Source: Octopus sinensis
Lineage: Eukaryota
Length of the DNA stretch: 64,000 nucleotides
NCBI RefSeq assembly: GCF_006345805.1
Contig: NC_042997.1
Coordinates: 143,840,001-143,904,000, forward strand
Reading direction: 5' to 3'
The notes beneath the pieces were generated by a model. That model made no database searches. It was not told the origin of the DNA and saw only the letters and a program-made list of their open reading frames with translations. Position numbers and translations under genes: made by a program. Below, in pieces: positions 26,447 to 38,174 of the stretch; positions within the stretch are counted from its first letter, which is position 1; the number at the start of each line of letters is the position of its first letter.

Positions 26447-26995
26447 TGATGCAGTACCAGACAGTGGCTCTCGTGGCTTCTGATCTTAACTGATTGGAAG
26501 TGTTATCATGTACATTGCTTTGTCTTGGTATAAAATATGGACTACAGCAAATATTCTGCTCTATATCACAGATTTGCTTGTCAGTTGTTTGACTATAACC
26601 AGTTGTGCATGTCCCTAAGTGGCTGACGATATGTGCATCTCTGATCATAAGCAGAAGTAGTGGGGGAGCATCATAGCCGTGTGTTGAAAGGAATTCTTGG
26701 AGGTTTGGATAATTCACCTTTGGAAACATGGGTCGTTCATTCAACATCCTTAAACAATCCTCATTCAGGGACCTTTTGAGCGGAATGGGCTACTCGACTA
26801 GAAGAAATTTCTAACTGGGCCCATCTGCAAGGTCATGCGCTGTTTATCTTGATATGAGATCACCATGTCGCGCACATATGGTTGTGATGCATGTGCCTTG
26901 TGTAACCTTATCAGACGGGTAGTCATGATGGGTATACTGGGCTTCGTATATTTTACCCCAGTGTCAATTTGATGGCATGCACTGCTCTCTCACTC
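26447..26995. repeat. About 550-bp dispersed repeat flanked by (TAA)n, class unknown
   Basis: Colinear with 50831-51362 along its whole length; both copies sit in (TAA)n. Confidence 0.85.
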
Positions 26996-27029
<34 letters not shown>

Positions 27030-27060
27030 TAATAATAATAATAATAATAATAATAAAATA

Positions 27061-27232
27061 ACTTAGGAATGAGAATCCAGGTTCGAAATTTCCCCAAGAC
27101 ACTTGATGAAGGCTGGAGGGTATATCAGCCGAAACGTTGTGTTAGCAACAAACAGGATGAGGACAAATATCCGCCAAAATGTAAATAATGTAAATAATGT
27201 ACATAATTCCTCATCTCTTAAATATAGAACTA
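27061..27232 (+). repeat. Short repeat next to (TAA)n carrying a minimal HHR-like motif (possible PLE pseudo-LTR)
   Basis: Contains the 27098-27143 motif. Its repeat status is recalled from octopus sequences and is not shown by a second copy here. Confidence 0.5.
27098..27143 (+). ncRNA. Degenerate minimal type I hammerhead motif (C3 changed to U)
   Basis: GACAC UUGAUGA A GGCUG gaggguauau CAGCC GAAA CG UU GUGUU: 5-bp stem II, palindromic ACGU stem III, 4-5 bp stem I. Confidence 0.6.
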
Positions 27233-27399
27233 TATCCACTGGGTCTGACTTTTGTGAAAAAAGGCCGTGTTGGATGGTGAATTTGTTTGCATTATATAAT
27301 ATAATGTTTAATTATATCACATTATATTATACTGTGGGTATATGTGAAGTTCGTATGTTTGTGTGATAAGGGAGTTCATCAGTGGGGTATGTATTTCTA

Positions 27400-28370
27400 C
27401 ATGTGTGCAGTTTGTACGTTTTATTATTCAATGTTCACGTCTAGGGAAAGAAGCTTTCTTTGAAATGTGGGAGTATAAAATATTGCTTGTGTATGCAGGG
27501 AGACACAATTTCATCTCTAATATTTTAAATGCTATCTGTTGACTGGTTGATATTTAAATTTTCAGTGATGCAGAGCTCACATTTGGTACACCCTCCCCGG
27601 TATTTTCTGGCGTTGGTAATGATGCTCCATATTATTTGGGGGTTGCTTGCTCCTCCTTCCTTCAATATCCATATCATGCTGGATAAGGATGTCGCATGTC
27701 TTTTATTTTTGTCCCTGAATGACGTCAGGTGTTGTGTGCATCTTTCCTTGAACGAGTTGCCCGTCATTCAGATGTACGTCTTTGTAACTCCATTGGTATC
27801 CATGATTTCTGCCTTGTATATAATTTATTTTCCAAGACAGCTACTATTTAGAGGGCTGCGGTTTGGAGATCTACAGTTATCGTACCTTTCGCGGGTCTTG
27901 GTGTGTTTATTTTTATTGTGGTTGAGTATTATTGACCCTGTATTTTTCAAAAGTGTCTTTATCGGTAGATAGATTGGAGATGCACCTGCTAATATAATTA
28001 ACTAATTGTTTAATGATTGCTGGTGGGTGGTTGGAGCGTGTGTCTATGTACGAGACATCCTCATTTGGTTTGTGGTAGGGTATACATTTGTCTGTGCTAA
28101 GGTTCATGTTATTACCTAGAAAATTGACTTCTTTAGGGTTGGTACTAATTGTGGTTCTTAGACCTGATTGTTTAAGTATATTACTTACATCCATAGCGTG
28201 TCCGTTTTTATTCTGTACCACTCCCAGACCTTCGTCCCTATATGAAACCATGTTGGATTCTTTTATTTCTTTTCTAAAGGGATTAGGTCAGCTATTTCGG
28301 CACCATCATAGCTCACTCTTGCTACATCAAATAGTCCAATTCCGATATTTTTACCTAATGTGATTGGCTT
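27400..28370 (-). mobile_element. Penelope-like retroelement 3' part (RT C-terminus plus GIY-YIG endonuclease), decayed
   Basis: Minus-strand translations give FDVARVSYDGAEIADL, SYRDE (YRDD motif), VNFL..NLST...PYHKPN..YI..SNHPP, a Cys-rich linker, IIYKA...TYI* (the YIG glycine is now a stop), TGNSFKER and CELCITE. Confidence 0.9.
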
Positions 28371-28486
28371 GAAAAAATAAGATATTAAGATATCTTTCTT
28401 AGCATGAAACCGAAAGTAGCCTTAATACACACACGCATGCGCGCACACACACACACACATACATGTCTGCGCGTGTGTATTAAGGC

Positions 28487-28533
<47 letters not shown>

Positions 28534-28784
28534 TATATGCGCGCGCGCAGGTGTGTGTGTGTTCTTATATTCCAAATGCTATTTAGCGTTATAAAAAGGT
28601 AGTATTCTTCTTTAGGTGACGTTTATCTTAATGGTGCAGAGCGCTTAGATGCAGTTTAAGAGGTATTGGGTTCGATTCTCTATAGTGGAACACTTGCCAA
28701 TATTCTTACCCGATTTTCTACGCTGTTCTCACAGTTATATTGTGTTTGAAAATTCCTTGACTTTCTGTCGAATACCCCCACCAT

Positions 28785-29199
28785 ATACACACAAATTACT
28801 TTTACAAAGTAATAAATGTCTAAAAAATCGAAAAAAATAGTAAGGATAACTCAGTTGGATGCGTGCAACTAACGGAGCCAATGTAGAAGTATCCTAACAA
28901 TTTCTAATAAAACTTAATTTGCTTGTGTTTTCCATTAAACTCTGCTGAGTTTTCCAATTTTTCGAATTGTAAAGCTAATTTATGGACACACTATATACAC
29001 ACACACAAATTACTTTTACAAAGTAATAAATGTCTTTAAAAAATCGAAAAAAATAGTAAGGATAACTCAGTTGGATGCGTGCAACTAACGGAGCCAATGT
29101 AGAAGTATCCTAACAATTTCTAATAAAACTTAATTTGCTTGTGTTTTCCATTAAACTCTGCTGAGTTTTCCAATTTTTCGAATTGTAAAGCTAATTTAT

Positions 29200-29200
<1 letters not shown>
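28785..29200 (+). repeat. Tandem duplication, period about 214 bp, near-identical copies
   Basis: ACAAATTACTTTTACAAAG starts at 28791 and 29005; both copies end AAAGCTAATTTATG. Confidence 0.9.
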
Positions 29201-29266
<66 letters not shown>

Positions 29267-29444
29267 TGCATTCCTTTATGTCGTCGTATTTATATTATCT
29301 AAACATATTGCGTTTTCTTCCCTGCATTCGTACTTCTTTCTACTTGTGTTTCAGAAGTTTGACGTTATGTATTCGTACTTTCCCCGGCAGATTTATTTGC
29401 AATATCTGCTTACATTTACATCATAACATCAGATTTGACTATTT

Positions 29445-29970
29445 ATTATTTTATTCTTTTACTTGTTTCTGTCATTTCACTGCGGCCGCGCTGGAGCACC
29501 GCCTCAAAGGTTTTTAGTCGAACAAATCGACCGCAGAAGTTATTTCTTAAGCCTAGTACTTATTCTATCGCTCTCTTTTGCCGAGCTGCTAAGTTACAGA
29601 TACGTGATAGGTGGGTGGGTGGCGATAAACAGAGAAACAAAGGCAATCACACACACACACACACACACACATATAAGACGGGATTCTTTCAGTTTCTACT
29701 AAATCCACGCATAAGGCTTTGGTCGGCCTGTTGGGGGACGTAAATACACCAGCATCCGTTGTCAAATGATGTTTGGGGACAAACACAGACACACAAACAT
29801 ATACATATATATAAATATATATATATATATACGACGAGCTTCTTTCAGTTTCCGTCTACCAAATCCACTCACAAGGCTTTGGTCATCTCGCGGCTATAGT
29901 AGAAGACACTTGCCCAAGGTGCCACGCAGTGAAGACTGAACCCGGAACTATGTGGTTGGAAAACAAGCTT
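29445..29970 (-). mobile_element. Two overlapping or nested CORE-like SINEs
   Basis: Tail and body, partial head, second body and head, all reverse complements of the 8340 type. Confidence 0.7.
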
Positions 29971-29973
29971 CTG

Positions 29974-30360
29974 TTTCTTTTCTACTCTAGGCACAAGACC
30001 CGAAATTTTTGGGGAGAGGGGGAGTCGATTTAATTGACCCCAGTACGCAACTGGTACTTAATTTATCGACCCCGAAAGGATGACAGGCAAAGTCGACCTC
30101 GGCGGAATTTGAACTCAGAACGTAATACCTATTTCTTTATTACTCACAAGGGGCTAAACACAGAGGGGACAAACAAGGACAGACATAGGTATTAAGTCGA
30201 TTACATCGACCCCAGTGTGTAACTGGTACTTAATTTATCGACTCCGAAAGGATGAAAGGCAAAGTTGACCTCGGCGGAATTTGAACTCACAACGTAACGC
30301 AGACGAAATACCGCTAAGCATTTCGCCCGGCGTGCTAACGTTTCTGCCAGCTCGCCGCTT
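29974..30360 (-). mobile_element. Composite SINE with duplicated central domain
   Basis: Reverse complement has the same layout as 11482-11880, with the junction ATACCTATTTCTTT at 30125-30138. Confidence 0.85.
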
Positions 30361-30715
30361 TACCATTTCCTTATACTGAAATAAGTTTCTTTTATAGCAC
30401 ATCGAAATTATAACTCTTTAAGTTAGGGACTTCGGCTAAAGAACGCCTCTAATTGGTGATTTCGATTAAAGAACTTTTACGAACCGTGACCAACACCATT
30501 CGAACGACAGTTCAGCTAAAAATGATAAGCGCATGCACGGCTGTGTGGTTAAGAAGTTCATTTTGCAACTATATGGTTTCAGTTTCGATCCCTCTGCGTG
30601 ACACCCTGGATAAATCTCTTCTACCATAGTCCCGGGCCGACCAATGAATGTGGTAAACGGTAACTGTGTGGAGGACCGTTATATTTGTTCTCTCCTTGCG
30701 TTTCACAACGAGAGA

Positions 30716-30754
<39 letters not shown>

Positions 30755-31080
30755 CTTAAATCTATCTGTCTATCTGTCTGTCTGTGTGTCTGTCTGCCTG
30801 CCTACCTGTCTCTCTGACTGTCTGTCTGTATTTATATTCTTTTACTAGTTTCAGTCATTTTGACTGTGGCCATGCTGAAGCACCGCCTTTTAGTTGGAGA
30901 AATCGACCCCCTGGACTTATTTTTTGTAAACCTGGTACTTATTCTATTGGTCTCTTTTGCTGAACCTTTAAGTTACGGGGACATAGACAAACCATCATGG
31001 GTTGTCAAGAGATGGTGGGGGGATGAACAAAGGCACAAACACAAATATATACTTATTTATATATATATATATATATATAA

Positions 31081-31411
31081 TTTCAACAATTGAGGGTAAA
31101 ATTAATTAATTATTAATCAATTTCACCAAGTATTCAGTATGCAAAGGGACCATTTAAGGCGAATTCAAATTATTACATTATATAAAAGGGCTTAGTAAAA
31201 TAAATTACTTTGCCACATACTGAACTCATTAGAATAGCAGCTAAAAAAATTTTTTTAAACTATTTCTAATACTTAAAGAAAATCTCTCTCATATGAGAGA
31301 GATTTTCTTTAAGTATTAGAAATAGTTGAAAAAAATTTTTTTTTAGCTGCTATTTCTAATGAGTTCAGTATGTGGCAAAGTAATTTATTTTACTAAGCCC
31401 TTTTATATAAT
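31081..31411. repeat. (TA)n-embedded element ending in a spacerless palindrome (31177-31411, arms of about 117 bp)
   Basis: Centre ...AATCTCTCTCAT|ATGAGAGAGATT... lies at 31292/31293; the arms match except at homopolymer-type differences. Confidence 0.95.
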
Positions 31412-32261
31412 ATATATATATATATACACACACACACAGAGGAAGGGCTTCTTTCAGCTTCCGTCTATCTAATCTACTCACAAAGCTTTATTCGGACCGA
31501 GGCTATAGTAGAAGACACTTGCCCAAGGTGCCACGTGGTGGAACCGAACCCCGAACCATATGGTTGGGATGCAAGCTTCTTACCACACTGCCTGCGCCTG
31601 TTAATAACAATCCTTTGTACTGAATGCACAAGGCTCTGGAATTTTAGGGGAGAGGACTAATCGATTACATCAACCCCAGTCCTTCATGGGTACTTAATTT
31701 ATCGGCCCCGAAAGAATGGCAGGTAAAGTCGACCTCGGAGGAATTTGAACTCAGAACGTAAATTTAATATTAATTATAGTAAAGTGTATGGAGACTTTTG
31801 CACCCACAAAATCTATTTTATACTTATATACAGCATATACCGTCCAGCGGAGAGTACACGGAATTACGCATCGGAAGAATTCATGGAGCGTCTAACTATT
31901 AATTGTAATCATAGACGTTAGATACTGATTATTGTGGTTAGCCGTTAACTGGAACATAACTAAGGACTATTATGGTATCGGCCCAGATAACATATCCTTC
32001 CATATTCATACATAAATATACATATATACATGCTTATATATTCTTAGTATATTGGGGTATTCCAACAGATCATAATGTAATCCTTATATTGTCCTTTTTT
32101 ATGCCTTGATGATTTTCCACCCAAGTTATTTTCAACTGCTGGATTATATATTTATATATGTTTTGTAGGTTAAATTGGATGCGAAATGAAACAGTTCTAA
32201 GTGAAGATGTTAATTAATTAATAAATTAATTTGTATCGATTGGATCTCTCTGTTTTCAAAC

Positions 32262-32319
<58 letters not shown>

Positions 32320-32347
32320 TAATAATAATAATATATATATATATATA

Positions 32348-32697
32348 GGCGCAGGAGTGGCTGTGTGGTAAGTAGCTTGCCTACCAACCACATGGTTCTG
32401 GGTTCAGGGCCGACCAATGCCTTGTAAGTGGATTTGGTAGACGGAAACTGAAAGAAGCCTGTCGTATATATGTATATGTATGTATGTATGTGTATGTATA
32501 TGTTTGTCCCTCTAGCATTGCTTGACAACCGATGCTGGTGTGTTTACATCCCCGTCACTTAGCGGTTCGGCAAAAGAGACCGATAGAATAAGTACTGGGC
32601 TTACAAAGAATAAGTCCCGGGGTCGATTTGCTCGACTAAAGGCGGTGCTCCGGCATGGCCGCAGTCAAATGACTGAAACAAGTAAAAGAGTAAAGAG
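32348..32697 (+). mobile_element. CORE-like bipartite SINE with a deletion in the head
   Basis: Nearly identical to 8340-8750 outside the deletion. Confidence 0.85.
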
Positions 32698-32715
32698 TAT
32701 ATATATATATATATG

Positions 32716-32764
<49 letters not shown>

Positions 32765-34636
32765 GACGAGCTTTCAGTTTCTGGCTAGTAATCGACTTAC
32801 AAGGCTTTAGTCGGCTTGAGACTATAATAGAAAACACTTGCGCAAGGTATCACAAAGCAGGACTGAACACGGAACCATGTGGTTGGGAAACTAACTACTT
32901 ACCACACAGCCACGCCTACAAATCTTATTCCATTTTTTAAAAAGTTTTCTCTGTAGAGAAAGGATAAGCACTCATGGCTTTTGCAGACCCTCGGATATTG
33001 CTCACAGAAAGAAACTACGACTCGTGATTGCTGCATGTAGGCAATAATACGTTAATAAAATGAGTTAATTTATCAGAGCAACATAGATGTGGCTTGATTC
33101 ATGCAACAGAGTAGATTCCATTGAGTCACTTTCCAGGATAAAATGGATCTAACAGAGAGGGGAGGTGGTGAATTTTCACGAAGAAAATTAATTTAGATAT
33201 GAGATTATTTTTTAATTTCGAAACGAAATTAAATTTATCTGAATTTTATTTGAATTTTTTTTAGCGATTAATAATTTAATAACACACGATGGAGGAGTGG
33301 TTTAAATATATTAATTCGCACCACAAATTGCAGTGCAAAGTAAACAGGTTAGAAACGTTTATAAATATTATTTTGATACTGGTTTGCTGATATTGTTTAG
33401 CCCGTGGTCAAACCTGACCCAGAAAACTTGTCAAAAATGATAGAACCGGGGCCATTTTTTCATTTTGTATCAGACATTTTAAAATCTTTTATCTTTTACT
33501 TGTTTCACTCATTAGACTGCGGTCATGCTGGGGCACTGCTCTGGGGATTTATAGTCAAACGAATCGATTCCAATACTTAAGTTTTGTAAAGCCTGGTACT
33601 TATTGTGTCGGTATCTTTTGCCGAATCGCTAGAGGTTGTAAACACGTCAACACCATTTGTAAAGAGGTGGTGGCACACACACACGCACACGAACACACAC
33701 ACATACAAACACACACACACATACAAACACATACACACAATCAGGTTTGTCAAAGTCCTTTCGACACCATCCATGGTCTCATCTACTTCAGTAGGTCTGA
33801 TTATTATTAACATAATGACCATCCCGAAGCTCAACACGAGACCACATCAAGAATCTTGCAAACCAAATACAAAACCGAATCATAAATTATGTACGGTGAA
33901 AATTCCATCTGTAAGTGGAACAGTAGAAATATGCAAAGAATTGACTAAAATTCAATATATAACTTTTTATTATCGTTTGTTCTTCGTTAGATATCAACTC
34001 TTCTTCATAAAAATACTTCAAAGAATTAAAATAAAGCTAAGATACTATACAAACACAGGCAGGCAATGGCACACAAACACACATTTAAGCTCATGACTAT
34101 AGGTTTCAAACAAATCTATTGCTTGATCAACAGGCGTAAACATTAATCTAAAATCAATGAGTTGAAAACATCTGTGCACAAATAAATTGAAATTCCATTA
34201 CCAGACTTAGGTACTACTCGTAATATATAAGGCACTTAACAATGTCATAGTACCACTTTTGAGGGGGCGGGCTTCAAAAGACCAACCTCACACGTGTATA
34301 AGTCTCTCTCTTCCTCTCTCGCTTTCTCACTGAGCGTACATGCTTGCGTAAAGAGAGCAAGAGAGATCATTGGATAAGAGAGAAATGCATAACCAGATAG
34401 ACAGACATAGATAGATAAGGAGATTGATAGAGACGTACATATAAAGACCTGATCCCTCTCTCTCTTCATATATTATATATATATATATATTTATATATAG
34501 AGGGCATATACATACATGCCAGGAGGCATTCTACATACACGCCATACGCTAAGAGGGACAATCAGTCATTTCTACCTACAAAATATTACTAATCCCACCG
34601 AATGCAATTTTTCAAAGAAAGACATTTAAAATATAT

Positions 34637-34684
34637 AGACCTGTATCACAGTGATTTCATACTTACGTAATCATCAGCAGGCCT
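34637..34684 (-). ncRNA. Type I hammerhead ribozyme motif (array copy)
   Basis: Reverse complement of the 35182-35229 motif; predicted cut after 34644 on the minus strand. Confidence 0.8.
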
Positions 34685-35113
34685 GAATATACTATAAATA
34701 AACAACGACCCTGCTTCGCTTAAGCCGATCAGCTAACTGATCAACATCAACGAAGCACATGGGTGGTTTTATATACTATATCCGGATGAATGGCAAACTT
34801 TTACGAATTGCATTTCGGGAGAGGAAAAGTTTTTTCGGAATAAAAATTTAGCAATTAAGGACAACTACTTAATAAGGAAACTTAATAAGAAATTGTCAGG
34901 TAGATAGCGTAAAAACCTCATACGAGAAAAATTTCGAAAATAATTATTTCTTATTGAACATATTAATTTATATATAGAGGGCATTATACATACATGCCAG
35001 GAGGCATTCTACATACACGCCATACGCTAAGAGGGACAATCAGTCATTTCTACCAAAAATATTACTAATCCCAACCGAATGCAATTTTTCAAAGAAAGAC
35101 ATTTAAAATATAT

Positions 35114-35158
35114 AGACCTGTATCACAGTGATTTCATACTTACGTAATCATCAGCAGG
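35114..35158 (-). ncRNA. Type I hammerhead motif at the inversion junction, stem I shortened to 4 bp
   Basis: Core intact; the 5' arm of stem I is cut by the junction and leaves CCUG/CAGG. Confidence 0.7.
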
Positions 35159-35181
35159 GTCGTTGTTTATTTAGTATATTC

Positions 35182-35229
35182 AGGCCTGCTGATGATTACG
35201 TAAGTATGAAATCACTGTGATACAGGTCT
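35182..35229 (+). ncRNA. Type I hammerhead ribozyme motif (array copy)
   Basis: AGGCCUG CUGAUGA U UAC GUAA GUA U GAAA UCAC U GUGA UA CAGGUCU; predicted cut after A35222. Confidence 0.8.
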
Positions 35230-35659
35230 ATATATTTTTAAATGTCTTTCTTTGAAAATTGCATTCGGTGGGATTAGTAATATTTTTGGTAGAAATGACT
35301 GATTGTCCCTCTTAGCGTATGGCGTGTATGTAGAATGCCTCCTGGCATGTATGTATAATGCCCTCTATATATAAATTAATATGTTCAATAAGAAATATTA
35401 TTTTCGAAATTTTTTCTCGTATGAGGTTTTTACGCTATCTACCTGACAATTTCTTGTTAAGTTTTCCTTATTAAGTAGTTGTCCTTAATTGCTATATTTT
35501 TATTCCGAAAAAACTTTTCCTCTCCCGAAATGCAATTCGTAAAAGTTTGCCATTCATCCGGATATAGTATATATAAACCCACCCATGTGCTTCGTTGATG
35601 TTGATCAGTTAGCTGATCGGCTTAAGCGAAGCAGGTCGTTGTTTATTTATAGTATATTC

Positions 35660-35707
35660 AGGCCTGCTGATGATTACGTAAGTATGAAATCACTGTGATA
35701 CAGGTCT
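35660..35707 (+). ncRNA. Type I hammerhead ribozyme motif (array copy)
   Basis: Identical motif; predicted cut after A35700. Confidence 0.8.
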
Positions 35708-36138
35708 ATATATTTTTAAATGTCCTTCTTTGAAAAATTGCATTCGGTGGGATTAGTAAATATTTGGTAGAAATGACTGATTGTCCCTCTTAGCGTATGG
35801 CGTGTATGTAGAATGCCTCCTGGCATGTATGTATAATGCCCTCTATATATAAAATTAATATGTTCAATAAGAAATAATTATTTTCGAAATTTTTTCTCGT
35901 ATGAGGTTTTTACGCTATCTACTGACAATTTCTTGTTAAGTTTTCCTTATTAAGTAGTTGTCCTTAATTGCTATATTTTTATTCCGAAAAAACTTTTCCT
36001 CTCCCGAAATGCAATTCGTAAAAGTTTGCCATTCATCCGGATATAGTATATATAACCCACCCATGTGCTTCGTTGATGTTGATCAGTTAGCTGATCGGCT
36101 TAAGCGAAGCAGGGTCGTTGTTTATTTATAGTATATTC

Positions 36139-36186
36139 AGGCCTGCTGATGATTACGTAAGTATGAAATCACTGTGATACAGGTCT
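36139..36186 (+). ncRNA. Type I hammerhead ribozyme motif (array copy)
   Basis: Identical motif; predicted cut after A36179. Confidence 0.8.
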
Positions 36187-36447
36187 ATATATTTTTAAAT
36201 GTCTTTCTTTGAAAAATTGCATTCGTGGGATTAGTAATATTTTTGGTAGAAATGACTGATTGTCCCTCTTAGCGTATGGCGTGTGTAGAATGCCTCCTGG
36301 CATGTATGTATAATGCCCTCTATATATAAATTAATATGTTCAATAGAAATAATTATTTTCGAAATTTTTTCTCGTATGAGGTTTTTAACGCTATCTACCT
36401 GACATTTCTTGTTAAGTTTTCCTTATTAAGTAGTTGTCCTTAATTGT

Positions 36448-36506
<59 letters not shown>

Positions 36507-36814
36507 TATATATACCTCCCATATACAAGCACACATGTGTCCGTAAAGTTATGGTGGGATTTCAAATCTATTTATTGACGTAATGTGCAACACTGCACAT
36601 TTCAAATATATGTTGAATAAGAGATAAACTAATAAAGTTTACGTACAGTTTATTGCAGTTTGATGTGGCTTCTATTTGTTGGCCCACACACATTTAATTG
36701 GTACGCCAGTCGGATGAGTGAAGAAAACTCTACAAACACACTGCTTATGTGTGTATGTGTGTGTGTATGTGTGTGTGTATGTGAGTGTGTGAGCGAGCGT
36801 ATGCATATAGGACT

Positions 36815-36964
36815 GTGTGTAGGCGCAGGCATGTCTGTGTGGGAAGAAATTTGCTTCAACAACATGAAACCGGATTCAGTTTCACAGCGGGGCACCTTGG
36901 ACAAGTGCCTTCTACTTTAACATTGTTAGAGGATTTGGTAGAGAGTAATCGAAAGAAGCCCGTC

Positions 36965-36995
<31 letters not shown>

Positions 36996-37509
36996 TATTT
37001 ATATATATATAAAAATAATAAATAATACATACATGCATACATACATATATATGCATATATGCCTACAGGACGTCGCCAACGGTACAAATAACAAACGTGT
37101 TAAATACGTAAACAACAAGAAAAAATGGGAAAAAGAGAAAGGACCCTTCATTTGTTGTCGGCTGTCTATCTATTCTTCATTTCGACCATTCAACGACAAT
37201 ATGAGTCTTCAAAGACAGTTGCTCCCATAAATTCTAAAATAAAATTTAGGATTTATGGAGGGTGCAAGTTGGGAACAAAAACATAACAGCGGATACATAG
37301 AAGGAAATCTAACGGAAAAAACATCAAGGTCTATATGTAGGCGCAGGCATGTCTGTGTGGGAAGAAATTTGCTTCAACAACATGAAACCGGATTCAGTTT
37401 CACAGCGGGGCACCTTGGACAAGTGCCTTCTACTTTAACATTGTTAGAGGATTTGGTAGAGAGTAATCGAAAGAAGCCCGTCATGTGTGTGTGTGTGTGT
37501 GTGTGTGCA

Positions 37510-37560
<51 letters not shown>

Positions 37561-38000
37561 TATATAGATATATATATATATATATATAATATATATATAT
37601 ATAATATAAATAAAAATAATACATACATGCATACATACATATATATGCATATATGCCTACAGGACGTCGCCAACGGTACAAATAACAAACGTGTTAAATA
37701 CGTAAACAACAAGAAAAAATGGGAAAAAGAGAAAGGACCCTTCATTTGTTGTCGGCTGTCTATCTATTCTTCATTTCGACCATTCAACGACAATATGAGT
37801 CTTCAAAGACAGTTGCTCCCATAAATTCTAAAATAAAATTTAGGATTTATGGAGGGTGCAAGTTGGGAACAAAAACATAACAGCGGATACATAGAAGGAA
37901 ATCTAACGGAAAAAACATCAAGGACTATATGTAGGCGCAGGCATGTCTGTGTGGGAAGAAATTTGCTTCAACAACATGAAACCGGATTCAGTTTCACAGA
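36815..38000 (+). repeat. Tandem duplication (about 2.1 copies) of SINE head, microsatellite and an island of about 310 bp
   Basis: AGGCGCAGGCATGTCTGTG starts at 36821, 37339 and 37933. The periods of 518 and 594 bp differ by microsatellite length. Confidence 0.9.
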
Positions 38001-38143
38001 ACGAAAGTAAAATAGTGAACGCTGGGAGAAACGTTTTTTGGGAAGGAGAAGAGAGAGAGAGAAAGAGAAAGAGAGAGAGAGAGAAACACTCCGTTCTTTT
38101 GAACGTCCATGCAGGAAAAGAAAGATGGACGATGGACACGTGA

Positions 38144-38174
<31 letters not shown>

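Larger units (their letters stand above)
34496..36446. repeat. 478-bp tandem array with internal inversion (about 1.4 units plus about 2.7 inverted units), retrozyme/PLE-like
   Basis: Unit starts at about 34496 and 34974. Orientation flips at 35153-35158; GTCGTTG recurs at 35159, 35636 and 36114. (TA)n lies on both flanks. Confidence 0.95.

Noticed and set aside
27330-27390. Minus-strand CCCCA-CTGATGA downstream of the PLE stop codon, where a pseudo-LTR HHR might be expected
   Set aside because: No GAAA and no complementary stem I strand can be found. It may be a decayed remnant but is not supportable.
34496-36446. CRISPR-like or prokaryotic array
   Set aside because: The units are 478 bp with no unique spacers, and the context is eukaryotic.
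37150-37225. Minus-strand CTGTCT-TTGAAGA...GTC-GAAA...TA-GACAG in the duplicated island (also near 37750-37820)
   Set aside because: The core deviates from CUGANGA, the register is inconsistent and stem III is weak.
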